64,000 nucleotides of DNA from Candidatus Eiseniibacteriota bacterium (GCA_044223005.1 JBGAML010000001.1:384001-448000), one strand, 5' to 3'. Positions 1-9,404 are shown, numbered from the stretch's first letter. Translations and numbers: made by a program. Notes: generated from the letters alone by a model not told the origin.

Positions 1-124
1 GATCCGTTCGCAGGGCCGCGATTTCATCGCCGTCGTGCTCGGCGCCCCGACCGCGGCCACCCGGTTCGCGGACGCGGTCCGCCTGATCAACCGGACCACG
101 ACCACCGCCATGGTCGCGCCCTGA
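1..124 (+). CDS. 3' end of a probable D-alanyl-D-alanine carboxy/endopeptidase (peptidase S11 family), partial
   Basis: Frame from nt 2 reads IRSQGRDFIAVVLGAPTAATRFADAVRLINR...AP*. The IAVVLGA...RF.D..RL pattern is typical of S11 C-termini. Stop TGA at 122-124. Confidence 0.55.
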   Translation, partial: IRSQGRDFIAVVLGAPTAATRFADAVRLINRTTTTAMVAP

Positions 125-149
125 CCCGGCCGGAGACCACCGGAAGCAC

Positions 150-180
150 GGCGGGGCGGCTCCGACGGGGCCGCCCCGCC
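150..180 (+). terminator. GC-rich hairpin after the S11 peptidase gene
   Basis: GGCGGGGCGGCTCC-GAC-GGGGCCGCCCCGCC inverted repeat; weak U tail. Confidence 0.55.
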
Positions 181-253
181 GGCATTTCGGGGCATTTCGC
201 ACGATCGGGGCGTTTGGCCACCGCGAACGGGGTTTCCGGAGCGTGAACGCGGG

Positions 254-303
254 TAAAAAAAGCACTGCGGCGCTTGCGATTCCCCGTATCCGCCCCCTAG
301 ACT
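254..303 (+). promoter_or_regulatory. sigma70-type promoter for the lamin-tail protein gene
   Basis: TTGCGA (274-279), 18 nt spacer, TAGACT (298-303), with an A-tract (TAAAAAAA) upstream. Confidence 0.45.
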
Positions 304-430
304 TGTACGTGGCATCCAGAATCACGCGTCGTTCCGCCGGAGACACCCCCGGGCTTCGCGTTGCCAGTAGTACTCCGGTGCGGCCCTCCGGGATCGCATC
401 TCGCACCTCACCTCACGAGGGAGTTCAACA

Positions 431-1126
431 ATGAAGAAGCTTGTCACCATCCTGCTCGCGCTGGCGGCCCTCACGGTCGCGACGTCGGCGTTCGCGGCGA
501 ACGCGGTCCGCATCAGCCAGGTGTACGGCGGCGGCGGCAACTCGGGCGCTCCGTTCAACCAGGACTTCGTCGAGATCTTCAACGCGTCCGGTTCGGCCGT
601 GGACATCAGCGGCTGGGCGGTCGAGTACGCGTCGTCGAACGCCACCGCGCTGTGGGGCACGACCTTCGCGGGCGGCGCCAACTACGTGCAGTTCCCGTCG
701 GGCACGGTGATCCAGCCCTGCAGCTACATCCTCATCGGCGCCGCGTTCGGCGCGAACACCGGCCTGCCGGCGCTCCCGACGCCCGACTTCACGCTCGCGT
801 CGAATCTGAGCGGCACCGCGGGTCGAGTCGGCCTGTTCTCGACGGTCAATGCGAACGTCGCGTGCGGTGCTGAGACCGGCCTGGTCGACAAGTACAGCTT
901 CGGCGCGACCACCCCGTGCGCCGAGGGCACGCCTTCGGCCGCGCTGTCGAACACGACCGCCGGCATCCGCAACAACGGCGGCCTGACGGACTCCGACAAC
1001 AACTCCGCCGACTTCACGATCGGCACGCCGACGCCCCGCAACTCGTTCTCGGCCGCGAACGCGAACTGCCTCGCGACCCCGACGCTCCGCAGCACGTGGG
1101 GCCAGCTGAAGAGCATCTACCGCTAG
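431..1126 (+). CDS. Secreted lamin-tail-domain (LTD) protein with C-terminal TWGxxKxxYR tail
   Basis: Signal peptide MKKLVTILL...AFA; LTD signature ISQVYGGGGNSGA..N.DFVEIFN; DSDNNSADF; ends ATPTLRSTWGQLKSIYR; RBS GAGGGAG. Confidence 0.85.
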   Translation: MKKLVTILLALAALTVATSAFAANAVRISQVYGGGGNSGAPFNQDFVEIFNASGSAVDISGWAVEYASSNATALWGTTFAGGANYVQFPSGTVIQPCSYILIGAAFGANTGLPALPTPDFTLASNLSGTAGRVGLFSTVNANVACGAETGLVDKYSFGATTPCAEGTPSAALSNTTAGIRNNGGLTDSDNNSADFTIGTPTPRNSFSAANANCLATPTLRSTWGQLKSIYR

Positions 1127-1151
1127 TCTGCGGCAGGCTCGAAACACACGA

Positions 1152-1188
1152 AGCGGCCGCCCTCTCGCGAGGGCGGCCGCTCTCGTTT
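1152..1188. terminator. Hairpin terminator between convergent genes
   Basis: AGCGGCCGCCCTC-TCGC-GAGGGCGGCCGCT followed by CTCGTTT. Confidence 0.7.
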
Positions 1189-1199
1189 GCGCCGCGTGG

Positions 1200-1658
1200 T
1201 CAGTGGACGCCGCCGTCCGCCGGCACCATGTACGCGAGATGCCCCTCGAGCATGTGCTCGCCGACGATGCGCGCGAGCAGGTCCTCGGGGATGTGCTCCA
1301 CCGGCAGGTCGAGCGTGCGCTCGCGGCCGTCGCGGAGGACCCGGACCGGGAGCGTACTGCGGACGCCCCAGCCCGCCTTGCCCGCGAAGAACTCCTGCGG
1401 CGGAAGCGAGTCGAGCGTCCGCAGCACGTCGCCGGGCCTGACGCCCGCACGCGCGGCCGGTCCGCCCGCGATCACGCTTGCGACCACGCGGCGGCCGAGA
1501 CTGTCGACGTCGATCCGCACGCCGAGCCACGGGCGCTCGCGCATCCGGTCGAACTGGACGAGGCAGGAATCGAGCGGCAGCGGGCAGCGCGGCTGGGCCG
1601 CGTGCGCCACTGCGGGCAGGCAGGCGAACAGGACGACGAACGCGATCGCGCGACGCAT
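1200..1658 (-). CDS. Small secreted single-PDZ protein
   Basis: Signal peptide (..AVAHA); RPWLGV...V..GGPAARAGVRPGDVL...RDG PDZ pattern; N-terminal Cys pair; RBS AAGGAG. Confidence 0.8.
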   Translation of the reverse strand: MRRAIAFVVLFACLPAVAHAAQPRCPLPLDSCLVQFDRMRERPWLGVRIDVDSLGRRVVASVIAGGPAARAGVRPGDVLRTLDSLPPQEFFAGKAGWGVRSTLPVRVLRDGRERTLDLPVEHIPEDLLARIVGEHMLEGHLAYMVPADGGVH

Positions 1659-1750
1659 GGTCGGGCTCCTTCCGAACCGGGGCCGGGGACTCCCGGTCTC
1701 GGACGAATCCCCGCCGGCTGAAGTCCCCGGGAGGGGCGCCGGCTCGCGGC

Positions 1751-3892
1751 TCAGAAGTGGAAGGGCTGGCCGGCGCGGTAGCGGGCCAGCTGGGATTCGT
1801 AACGCGCCAGCGCCTCGGCGTCACCCTCGCGCCGGCCGAGATCGACCGCGCGTTCTCCCGCGCGCACCGCATCCGCGAAACGCCCGGCCTCGGCGTAGGC
1901 CGCGGCCAGCGTGCTGAAGAGCACCGCCTGCGGCGCGGACGCCTGCGCTGCGACCGCGCGCTCGGCGAAGCGCACCGCCTCGGCGCCGCTGCGGTGCCGC
2001 GGGTCGGCATGCGTCGCGCGGATCCACGCGATGTTGTTGAGCGCATCGGCGTCGTCCGGGTGCGCCTCCACGATGCGCGCGTACTGCGCGACCGCGCCCT
2101 CGACGTCGCCTTCGCGCGTGAGCACCACCGCGAGCAGCCGCCGGGCCTCGGTGGGTTCGCGCGAGACGTCCACCGCGTGCTTCAGCGCGGCCTCCGCCTC
2201 CGGCAGCCGGTTCCGCATGCCCAGCGCGGCGCCGAGCTCGACCAGCGTCGGCTCGCGGTCCGGATCGAGCCGGAGCGCGGCCTGGTACTGGACGATCGCC
2301 TCGTCGACACGGTCGAGCTTCATGAGCGTGCGCGCGAAGTTGTGCCGCGCGGTCGGGCGATCGTGGATCCGCAGCGCCGCCTCGAACTCCGGCACCGCCT
2401 CCGCGGGCCGGCCGAGCTGCGTCAGCGCGAGGCCGAGGTTCGCGTGCGTGTCGCCGTTCGCGGGCGAGACCGCGAGGATCGCCCGCAGGTGCTGCGCCGC
2501 CTCCGCGGGCTTGCCGGCGTCGAGCAGCTCGGTGGCGAGGCAGAAGTGCGCCATGATGTTCTGGGGGTCGCGCGCGAGCGTGTACGAGAACAGCGTGTGG
2601 TTGTCGCGCCAGCGCGCGACCTGCCGCGCCGTGGCGACACCGAACACCGCGACCAGCGCGCCGACGATGCCCACGGCCGCGACGGCGCCCGCGCGCCCGC
2701 GTGGCCACGCGAGCGCGAGCGTCCAGACGAGCGCGATCGTGAAACCGATCACGGTCAGGTAGGTGTAGCGGTCGGCGTAGCCCTGCAGGCCGACCTGCAC
2801 GATCCCGATCACGGGCACGAGCGTGCCGAGATACCAGAACCAGCCGACCGCGATCCACGGCCAGCGCCGCAGCGTCGCCACCGCGAACGCCGAGACCGCG
2901 AGGAGCCCCGCCACCGCGTACGGGCCCCACGCGAGCGCGTGCGCCTCGACCAGCATGTGGAACGGCACGAGGTCGCGGGGCCAGAACGTGAGCCCGAGGT
3001 AACGCCCGGCCGAGAGCGCGGCGTTCAGCAGCCGCACGCCGACGGGCAGGCGCTCGGAACCGACCACCGCACCCGCGGAGCGCTGGACCCAGAACGTGAG
3101 TGCGGAGAACGCGACCACCAGCAGGACGAGCAGCCACTTCTCGAACACGAGGCCGGCGAAGTTCCGCGCCGGCGCATGCACTGGTCGCGTCCGGCTCGCC
3201 GCCGCCGGGACGCCCTTCCAGCGGCCGAGCGGCCAGACGTCGAGCAGCACGAGCACGCCCGGCAGCGTGACGAGCATCGGCTTGGAGAGCAGTCCGCACG
3301 CGAGCGCGAGCGCGACGAGCCCCCAGCGCAGCGCGCCGGGGCGTTCGGCCCAGCGGGCGTAGCTCCACAGCGTGAGCGCGAAGAAGAACCCGCTCAGGAC
3401 GTCCTTCAGCTCCGAGATCCACGCCACGGATTCGACGCGCAGCGGGTGGACCGCGAAGACCGCGGCGACGATCAGGCTCCGCCACCACGCCCCCGTCAGC
3501 CGGTGGAGCGCCACGGCCAGCAGCAGCGTCGTGGCGACGTGGAACAGCAGGCAGACGGCGTGGTGCGCGACCGGCGACGAGCCCAGGAACTGCGCGTCGA
3601 GCATGTAGAGCACCGACGTCAGCGGGTGGAAGTTGCCCCCGTGCGGGTGCCCCATGATCCAATGCAGGCCGTCCGCCGTGAGCCCGCGATTGATGTGCGG
3701 GTTCGCGAAGATGTAGTCGGGATCGTCGAACAGGATCCAGCGGTTCCGCAGCACGCCGGCGAACGCGGCGAAGGTCGCCAGGGCGAGGGCCGCGAGCGAC
3801 GCCGCGCGCGTGGCGAGCGGGACGCCGGCGACACGCGAGGATCCGGCGTCCGCGGGGGTCGAATCGGGGCGCCTCGGGAGGGTCGAGCTCAT
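1751..3892 (-). CDS. TMTC-like multi-TM glycosyltransferase (GT-C fold) with C-terminal TPR repeats
   Basis: First-loop FDD motif, HPLRVESVAWISELKD, ADRYTYL, many TM helices, then TPR repeats. Start placed at ATG 3892, 7 nt after a TACCAT -10 box. Confidence 0.8.
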   Translation of the reverse strand: MSSTLPRRPDSTPADAGSSRVAGVPLATRAASLAALALATFAAFAGVLRNRWILFDDPDYIFANPHINRGLTADGLHWIMGHPHGGNFHPLTSVLYMLDAQFLGSSPVAHHAVCLLFHVATTLLLAVALHRLTGAWWRSLIVAAVFAVHPLRVESVAWISELKDVLSGFFFALTLWSYARWAERPGALRWGLVALALACGLLSKPMLVTLPGVLVLLDVWPLGRWKGVPAAASRTRPVHAPARNFAGLVFEKWLLVLLVVAFSALTFWVQRSAGAVVGSERLPVGVRLLNAALSAGRYLGLTFWPRDLVPFHMLVEAHALAWGPYAVAGLLAVSAFAVATLRRWPWIAVGWFWYLGTLVPVIGIVQVGLQGYADRYTYLTVIGFTIALVWTLALAWPRGRAGAVAAVGIVGALVAVFGVATARQVARWRDNHTLFSYTLARDPQNIMAHFCLATELLDAGKPAEAAQHLRAILAVSPANGDTHANLGLALTQLGRPAEAVPEFEAALRIHDRPTARHNFARTLMKLDRVDEAIVQYQAALRLDPDREPTLVELGAALGMRNRLPEAEAALKHAVDVSREPTEARRLLAVVLTREGDVEGAVAQYARIVEAHPDDADALNNIAWIRATHADPRHRSGAEAVRFAERAVAAQASAPQAVLFSTLAAAYAEAGRFADAVRAGERAVDLGRREGDAEALARYESQLARYRAGQPFHF

Positions 3893-4409
3893 TCCGGGCA
3901 TGGTACCGCAGCCGCGCGGACGGATGCCCGCGTCGCGCTCCCGCCGGGCGTGCGACGACCGCCGGGCTTCGCGCGCCGGGCGCGGCGACGCGCCGGTTCG
4001 CGCGGCGGGCGTTCCGTGATACGCTTACCCGGTTGCCGCAGCATGGACGCTTCGCTCGCGTCTCGAGGCCTCGTCCACCCGGACGGGGCCTCCTGCTTTT
4101 CCCCCCGCGCGGCCCGGCCCGCGGGACCTGCGCGCTGCACGCGGCGCGTGCATAACGCATCGCCCGGGCCCACCCCGTGCGCTTGCACCCTCCCGGCAAC
4201 CCGTTTGCCGACATGGGGTTCGCCCCCATCGCCGGGCGTTTTCCGGCCCCGGTGCGCGAACTGGCGATCGTTTCGGCCGTTCCGGGCAGCCCGCCCGGCC
4301 GCCGGTCCAGAGGTGGGCGCGGCCGCCGAATTGCTCTTCGGTGAGGGTGTCCGTCGCGCCCCCCGTCCACTGGCTGCCCCAGGAACCCAAGGAAGAGCCG
4401 GAGCCCGCC

Positions 4410-6209
4410 ATGCCGCGCCCCACTCGTAAACGCTCCCTCGAGGCCCGACGCTCCCCCCGCCCCATGCGCGCGTCCGCGGGCGCGCCGACGCTGCGCCCGC
4501 GCCCGCTCGAGCCGCCGGCGGAACCGCTGCCGGGTTCCAACCTGCCCGCCGAGGTCGCGCGCCAGTCGCAGCGCGAGATGGACCGGCTGCGCCGGTTGCC
4601 GTCCGGGTCGATCGAGGCCGGCCAGGTCCGCCAGTACCTGCAGTGGCTGTGGGCGCTGCCGTGGGACACCACCGTGTCCGAGGACGCCGACCTCGGCGCC
4701 GTCCAGGGCGTGCTCGAGCGCGAGCACCTCGGGCTGGCGCGCGCCAAGGAGCGCGTCGTCGAGTTCCTCGCCGTGCGCCAGCTGAAGCCCGACCTGCCGG
4801 GCCCCGCGCTCTGCCTCGTGGGCCCGCCCGGCACGGGCAAGTCCTCGCTGGGCGCCGCGATCGCGCACGCGCTCGACCGGCCGTTCGCGCGCATCAGCGT
4901 GTCCGGCACCGCCGGCGCCGCCGATCTCGTCGGCACGTCGCGCAGCGTTCCGGGCGCACAGCCCGGCAAGATCGTCCGCGCGCTGCGCGAGACCGGCGTG
5001 CGCAACCCCGTGTTCATGATCGACGGCATCGACCGGCTCGCCGGAGAAGACGGCCTCGGCGTGATGGAGGCGCTGCTCGAGCTGCTCGACCCGGAGTCGT
5101 GCTCGCACTTCACCGACCACTACCTCGGGATCCCGATCGACCTCTCGCACGCGATCTTCCTGCTGTGCGCGAACCACCTCGAGCTGGTGCCCGATCCGCT
5201 GCAGGAGCGGATCGAGGTGATCGAGGTGCACGGCTACTCCGAGGACGAGAAGATCGAGATCGCGCGCCGCTTCCTGGTGCCGCGCCTCGTCGGTGACCAC
5301 GGCCTGGCCGCGCGCGACGTGTCGCTACCCGACGACACGCTGCGCGCCATGATCCGCCACTGGACGCTCGAGGCCGGCGTGCGCGGGCTCTCGCGCCAGA
5401 TCGCGACCGTGTGCCGCAAGGTGGCGCATGCGCGCGTGACCGGCGACGGGCGGCGCCACACGGTGTCGGTCGCGAAGCTCGACGACTACCTCGGCAGCCG
5501 GCTCTACCAGCCGGAGATGGCGGGCAAGTCGGACGAGGTCGGCGTGGCCATGGGCCTCGCGTGGACGGCGGCCGGCGGCGAGATCCTCGTGATCGAAGCG
5601 CTGCGCATGCCGGGCAGCGGCCGCGTGACGCTGACGGGCCAGCTGGGCGAGGTGATGAAGGAGTCGGTGCAGGCGGCGCATTCGTACGTGCGCTCGCGCG
5701 CCGAGTCGCTCGACATCGAGCCCGCCATCTTCGAGCAGTTCGACATCCACATCCACTTCCCCGCGGGCGGCGTGCCCAAGGACGGCCCCTCGGCGGGCAT
5801 CACCGTCGGGCTCGTGATCGCATCGGTGCTGAGCGACCGGCCGATTCGCCACGACGTGGCGATGACGGGCGAGGTGAGCCTGCGCGGCAAGGTGCTGGTC
5901 GTGGGCGGCCTGCGCGAGAAGGCGCTGGCGGCGTACCGCGCCGGGATCCGGCGGCTGATCTTCCCCGCCGTGAACTTGAAGGACGTGCACGAGGTGCCGG
6001 AGGACGTCCGCGCGCGGCTGGAGCTGATCCCCGTCGAGACCATGGACGAGGTCTTCGAGCTGGCGCTCTCGCACGTGATCGTGCCGCAGCGCGTGGGCTC
6101 GGGCTTCCTGATCCTCGCCGAGGAGCCGGAGTCCGAGGACGCCGACACGACGACGCTGCACCCGGTCGGCCGCCGCACGCCGGTGCAGGACGAGGACGAC
6201 GAGGAGTAG
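4410..6209 (+). CDS. lon: Lon-family (S16) protease lacking the N-terminal domain, with degenerate AAA+ motifs
   Basis: Walker A GPPGTGKS, sensor-2 EAGVR, catalytic PKDGPSAG and GGLREK. No Lon N-domain. Walker B reads MIDGIDR. Confidence 0.85.
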   Translation: MPRPTRKRSLEARRSPRPMRASAGAPTLRPRPLEPPAEPLPGSNLPAEVARQSQREMDRLRRLPSGSIEAGQVRQYLQWLWALPWDTTVSEDADLGAVQGVLEREHLGLARAKERVVEFLAVRQLKPDLPGPALCLVGPPGTGKSSLGAAIAHALDRPFARISVSGTAGAADLVGTSRSVPGAQPGKIVRALRETGVRNPVFMIDGIDRLAGEDGLGVMEALLELLDPESCSHFTDHYLGIPIDLSHAIFLLCANHLELVPDPLQERIEVIEVHGYSEDEKIEIARRFLVPRLVGDHGLAARDVSLPDDTLRAMIRHWTLEAGVRGLSRQIATVCRKVAHARVTGDGRRHTVSVAKLDDYLGSRLYQPEMAGKSDEVGVAMGLAWTAAGGEILVIEALRMPGSGRVTLTGQLGEVMKESVQAAHSYVRSRAESLDIEPAIFEQFDIHIHFPAGGVPKDGPSAGITVGLVIASVLSDRPIRHDVAMTGEVSLRGKVLVVGGLREKALAAYRAGIRRLIFPAVNLKDVHEVPEDVRARLELIPVETMDEVFELALSHVIVPQRVGSGFLILAEEPESEDADTTTLHPVGRRTPVQDEDDEE

Positions 6210-6236
6210 GGCGGTGGGCGCGCCGCGGCGCGCCGC

Positions 6237-6617
6237 TTACCGCGCCTCGACGTCCTCGTCGCGCACGAAGCCGCCGCGCTCGAGCGCCGCGAGGTAGTCG
6301 GCGAGGATCGCGATCGCGTCGTCGGCCTGCGCGCCGGGGACCACGATCTCGCCCCACGCGGTGGTCGACCAGTCGCGCGGGATCGCGCCGTAGACCGCCA
6401 GCGTCGCGCTGCGCAGCACCGCGGCGATGCCCTGGTGTTCGAGCACGCCCGTGAGGAGCGCACCGCTGGCCGCATCGGGCACGCGGTGCACGATCACGGG
6501 CACGCCCTCGGGCAGCGGCGGCCGCTCGACCAGCACCACGCGGCACCAGCGGCACGCGACGTAGCCCGCGGCGTACGCCGCGCCGCACTCGGGGCACCAG
6601 CGCGCGGGCGCGTTCAC
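6237..6617 (-). CDS. Zinc-ribbon plus DUF2007-like (PII-like) small protein
   Basis: GTG start overlaps the aminotransferase stop; CPECG...CRWC..LV then L..GVLEHQGI.A...EIVVP..QADDA.AIL. Confidence 0.7.
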   Translation of the reverse strand: MNAPARWCPECGAAYAAGYVACRWCRVVLVERPPLPEGVPVIVHRVPDAASGALLTGVLEHQGIAAVLRSATLAVYGAIPRDWSTTAWGEIVVPGAQADDAIAILADYLAALERGGFVRDEDVEAR

Positions 6618-7813
6618 GCGCGCGCTCCCGCGACCGCGGTCGCGATCCGGCGCACGGCCTCGGCGAGATCCGCCGCGCTCGCGGCGATCGACAGCCGCAC
6701 GTGCCCCGCGTGCGCGGGCCCGAACGCCGTGCCGGGCAGCACCGCGACGCCGTGCGCGAGCCAGCGCTCGACCAGCGCCCACGTGTCGCCGCCCTCGAGC
6801 GCACCGCTCACGTCCGGAAACGCATAGAACGCCCCGCGGGGCCGCGCGCAGGGCACGCCCGCGGCCGCGAGGCCGGCGAGCAGCGCCTGGCGGCGCTCGT
6901 CGTACGAGCGGCGCATCGCGTCGACGGCGTCCTGCGGACCGGTGACCGCCGCGAGCGCGGCCGCCTGCACGGCGGCGAACTGGCCGTGCGTCGTGTAGAA
7001 CGAGAGCCGCGGACCCATCGCGGCGCGCAGCGACGGCGGGGCGTGCACGTAGCCGACGCGCCAGCCGGTCATCGCGTAGCTCTTGGAGAACGTGTAGGTG
7101 GACACCGTGCGCGCGGCCATGCCGGGCAACGACCCGATCGACACGTGCGCGGCGCCGTCGTACAGCAGGTGTTCGTACGCCTCGTCGGCGATCACCCACA
7201 GGTCGCGCTCGATCGCGACGTCGGCGATCGCGGCGAGCATCGCACGCTCGAGCACGACACCCGTCGGGTTGTTGGGCGTATTCAGGTACAGCGCGCGCGT
7301 GCGCGGCCCGATCGCCTCACGCAGCGCGTTCGCCAGCGCCGCGGGCGCCGTCGTGCCCGCACCGATCCCGAGGTACGCCGGGACCGCGCGGATCGTCGCC
7401 CCGTCGACGAACGACACCAGGTTCGGGATCGCCATCCAGTAGGGCGAGAGCACCAGCAGCTCGTCCCCCGGCGCGAGCAGCGCCTGCATCGTGAGGAAGA
7501 GCCCATGCGTGCCGCCGATCGTGACGGTGACGTCGTCGGGATGCGCCTCGAGCCGGTTCTCGCGCGCGAGCTTGGCGGCGAGGGCTTCGCGCAGCGCGAG
7601 CGTGCCGCGCGGATCGGGATAATGGTGCGTGCGCGGATCGGCGGCCGCACGCGCGAGCGCCTCGACCACGTGCGGCGGCGTGTCGAAGTCGGGTTCGCCG
7701 CGCTCCAGGTGGCAGACGCGTTCGCCGGCGAGCTCGCGCTCGCGCGCGGCGGCCATGACGCGGCCGAGCTCGGAAGAATCGCGCAGGATGGGTCGGTCGG
7801 CGGCTCGGGGCAT
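6614..7813 (-). CDS. PLP-dependent aminotransferase class I/II (AspC-like)
   Basis: GEPDF, NTPNNPTG, DEAY and SFSK-type TFSKSYAMTGWRVG motifs. Confidence 0.92.
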   Translation of the reverse strand: MPRAADRPILRDSSELGRVMAAARERELAGERVCHLERGEPDFDTPPHVVEALARAAADPRTHHYPDPRGTLALREALAAKLARENRLEAHPDDVTVTIGGTHGLFLTMQALLAPGDELLVLSPYWMAIPNLVSFVDGATIRAVPAYLGIGAGTTAPAALANALREAIGPRTRALYLNTPNNPTGVVLERAMLAAIADVAIERDLWVIADEAYEHLLYDGAAHVSIGSLPGMAARTVSTYTFSKSYAMTGWRVGYVHAPPSLRAAMGPRLSFYTTHGQFAAVQAAALAAVTGPQDAVDAMRRSYDERRQALLAGLAAAGVPCARPRGAFYAFPDVSGALEGGDTWALVERWLAHGVAVLPGTAFGPAHAGHVRLSIAASAADLAEAVRRIATAVAGARA

Positions 7814-8041
7814 GACGGTCCTTTGGTGTCGACGGCGCGGCCTCGGGATCGCGTGGCCACTCTAGCCCGTGGCGTTCGGGCCCGGCCAGTCCCGTGTGCG
7901 AACGCGCTCGCGGACGCGACGGCCCGGCGCGAGTGGACCCCGATCCGGCAGTGCGTGCAGATCGCAGTGCGAATCCGGCACGGGCATTGCCCCCGGGGGC
8001 GGGCCCTTCGCTTCGCTCACCTGTTTCCGGGGGATCACGAC

Positions 8042-9388
8042 GTGTTCCGATATCCGCTGCGTGACATCGCGGGCAGCCTCGCCGGCGCGCCCGACCTCGA
8101 GTCCGGTCTCGAGGCGCTCCTGCTCTATCTCCGTGCGCTGCAGCCGGATTGGCATCCGTCGGTGGCCATGTACTCGGCCGAGCACGAGCGTTTCGAGGTC
8201 GTCTTCCAGCTCGACAAGAAGAACCTGCACCGCCGCGCCGTCTCCGTCGGCGTCGACCAGCTGCCGGCCAGGCTCGTGCGAAAGTTCATCCAGCCCAGTG
8301 CAATTTTCAACGGCGACGCCCGCCGGCAGCTGCTCGAGAAGCTGTTCGGGCAGAGCCCGGGTTACGAGCCGGACAATTTCGAGGGCGAGCAGCTGCAGGC
8401 CCTGACGGCCCCCGTCGGCTGGCGTTCGTGCGCCGTCCTGCCGCTCAACGACCGCGACGAACTGCTCGGCTTCATCCTGCTCGTGAGCCCGCGCCCGAAC
8501 GCGTTCGGGCCGAACGCGCTCGAGGCGCTGCAGCCGCTGCGCGGCCTGGCGTCGCTGGCGATCGCGCGCCGGCTGCACGCCGGCGGCCGCGCGACGCCGG
8601 AATCGCGCGCCAACGTCGAGGCGTCCAAGCGCGCCGTGCAGGCGGCGCAGGAGCGCGTGCGCGAGCTCGAAGCGGCGCTCGAGCGCGCGATCGCCGAGAG
8701 CGAGGCCCGCGGCGCGACCGTGCAGGCGCTGATGCGCCAGGTCGAGCAGCTGCGCACCGAATCGGTCACGCACCACGACGAGTCGGTGCGCCTCAACCGC
8801 CAGACGGCCGCGCTCGAGGAGCAGATCGGCGCGATCGGCACGCACCTGTCCGAGGCCTGTGCGCTGATCGCGACCACCGAGGCGCGTGCCGCCGACATGT
8901 CCGAGACGCTGACGATCGTGCGCGAGGCGTTCGAGGTGATCGCGTGCGACCCGGACCCCGCGCAGATCACGCGCGCGTTCGTGACGTGGTTCTGCGACCG
9001 CTTCCAGATCGAGCGCCTCACCGTGATGCGTCTCGACGACCAGGCGGGCGACCTGCGCATCATGGCCGGCCGCGGCGTCGATCCGGCCGTCCTGCAGCGC
9101 GTGCGGGTGCCCATGGGTCAGGGCGTGGCCGGCTGGGTGGCCCGGAACCAGCAGCCGGTGCTCGTGCGCGAAGGCGACACGTCGCCGGCCGTGCGGGCGA
9201 CGGGCTGCGATTCCTACAACTCGGGCTCGTTCATCTCGGTGCCGCTGCTCCACCGGCAGCGGGTCGTCGGCGTGCTCAACCTGAGCAACAAGCAGCACGG
9301 CGAGACGTTCGACGACCTCGACCTCGATCGCGCCACCCTCGCGAGCAACGTGCTCGCCATGGCGCTGGGCGAGGCCCGCGCCGCCTGA
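8042..9388 (+). CDS. GAF - coiled coil - GAF protein with no output domain
   Basis: GTG start after GGGGA; GAF1 (SCAVLPL..RDELLG...SPRPNAF); heptad-rich middle; GAF2 (GQGVAGWVA...SFISVPL...VGVLNLSNK..GETF...D). Confidence 0.75.
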   Translation: MFRYPLRDIAGSLAGAPDLESGLEALLLYLRALQPDWHPSVAMYSAEHERFEVVFQLDKKNLHRRAVSVGVDQLPARLVRKFIQPSAIFNGDARRQLLEKLFGQSPGYEPDNFEGEQLQALTAPVGWRSCAVLPLNDRDELLGFILLVSPRPNAFGPNALEALQPLRGLASLAIARRLHAGGRATPESRANVEASKRAVQAAQERVRELEAALERAIAESEARGATVQALMRQVEQLRTESVTHHDESVRLNRQTAALEEQIGAIGTHLSEACALIATTEARAADMSETLTIVREAFEVIACDPDPAQITRAFVTWFCDRFQIERLTVMRLDDQAGDLRIMAGRGVDPAVLQRVRVPMGQGVAGWVARNQQPVLVREGDTSPAVRATGCDSYNSGSFISVPLLHRQRVVGVLNLSNKQHGETFDDLDLDRATLASNVLAMALGEARAA

Positions 9389-9404
9389 TCGCGACTCCGT
9401 AGCG

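Noticed and set aside
310..420. Nested stems in the leader of the LTD gene (TGGCA/TGCCA, ACGCG/CGCGT, CCGG/CCGG)
   Set aside because: Short GC-rich stems with no expression platform or known motif.
4180..4232. Possible sigma32-like promoter upstream of lon (CTTGCA / TTGCCG...CCCCATC)
   Set aside because: The -35 match and spacing are poor and I cannot distinguish it from chance.
1478..4429. Very long alternative-frame ORFs (e.g. 1478..4429, 27048..31199, 45110..48343, 48162..51302)
   Set aside because: Arg/Ala/Pro-rich shadow ORFs expected at this GC content. They overlap well-supported genes and lack motifs.
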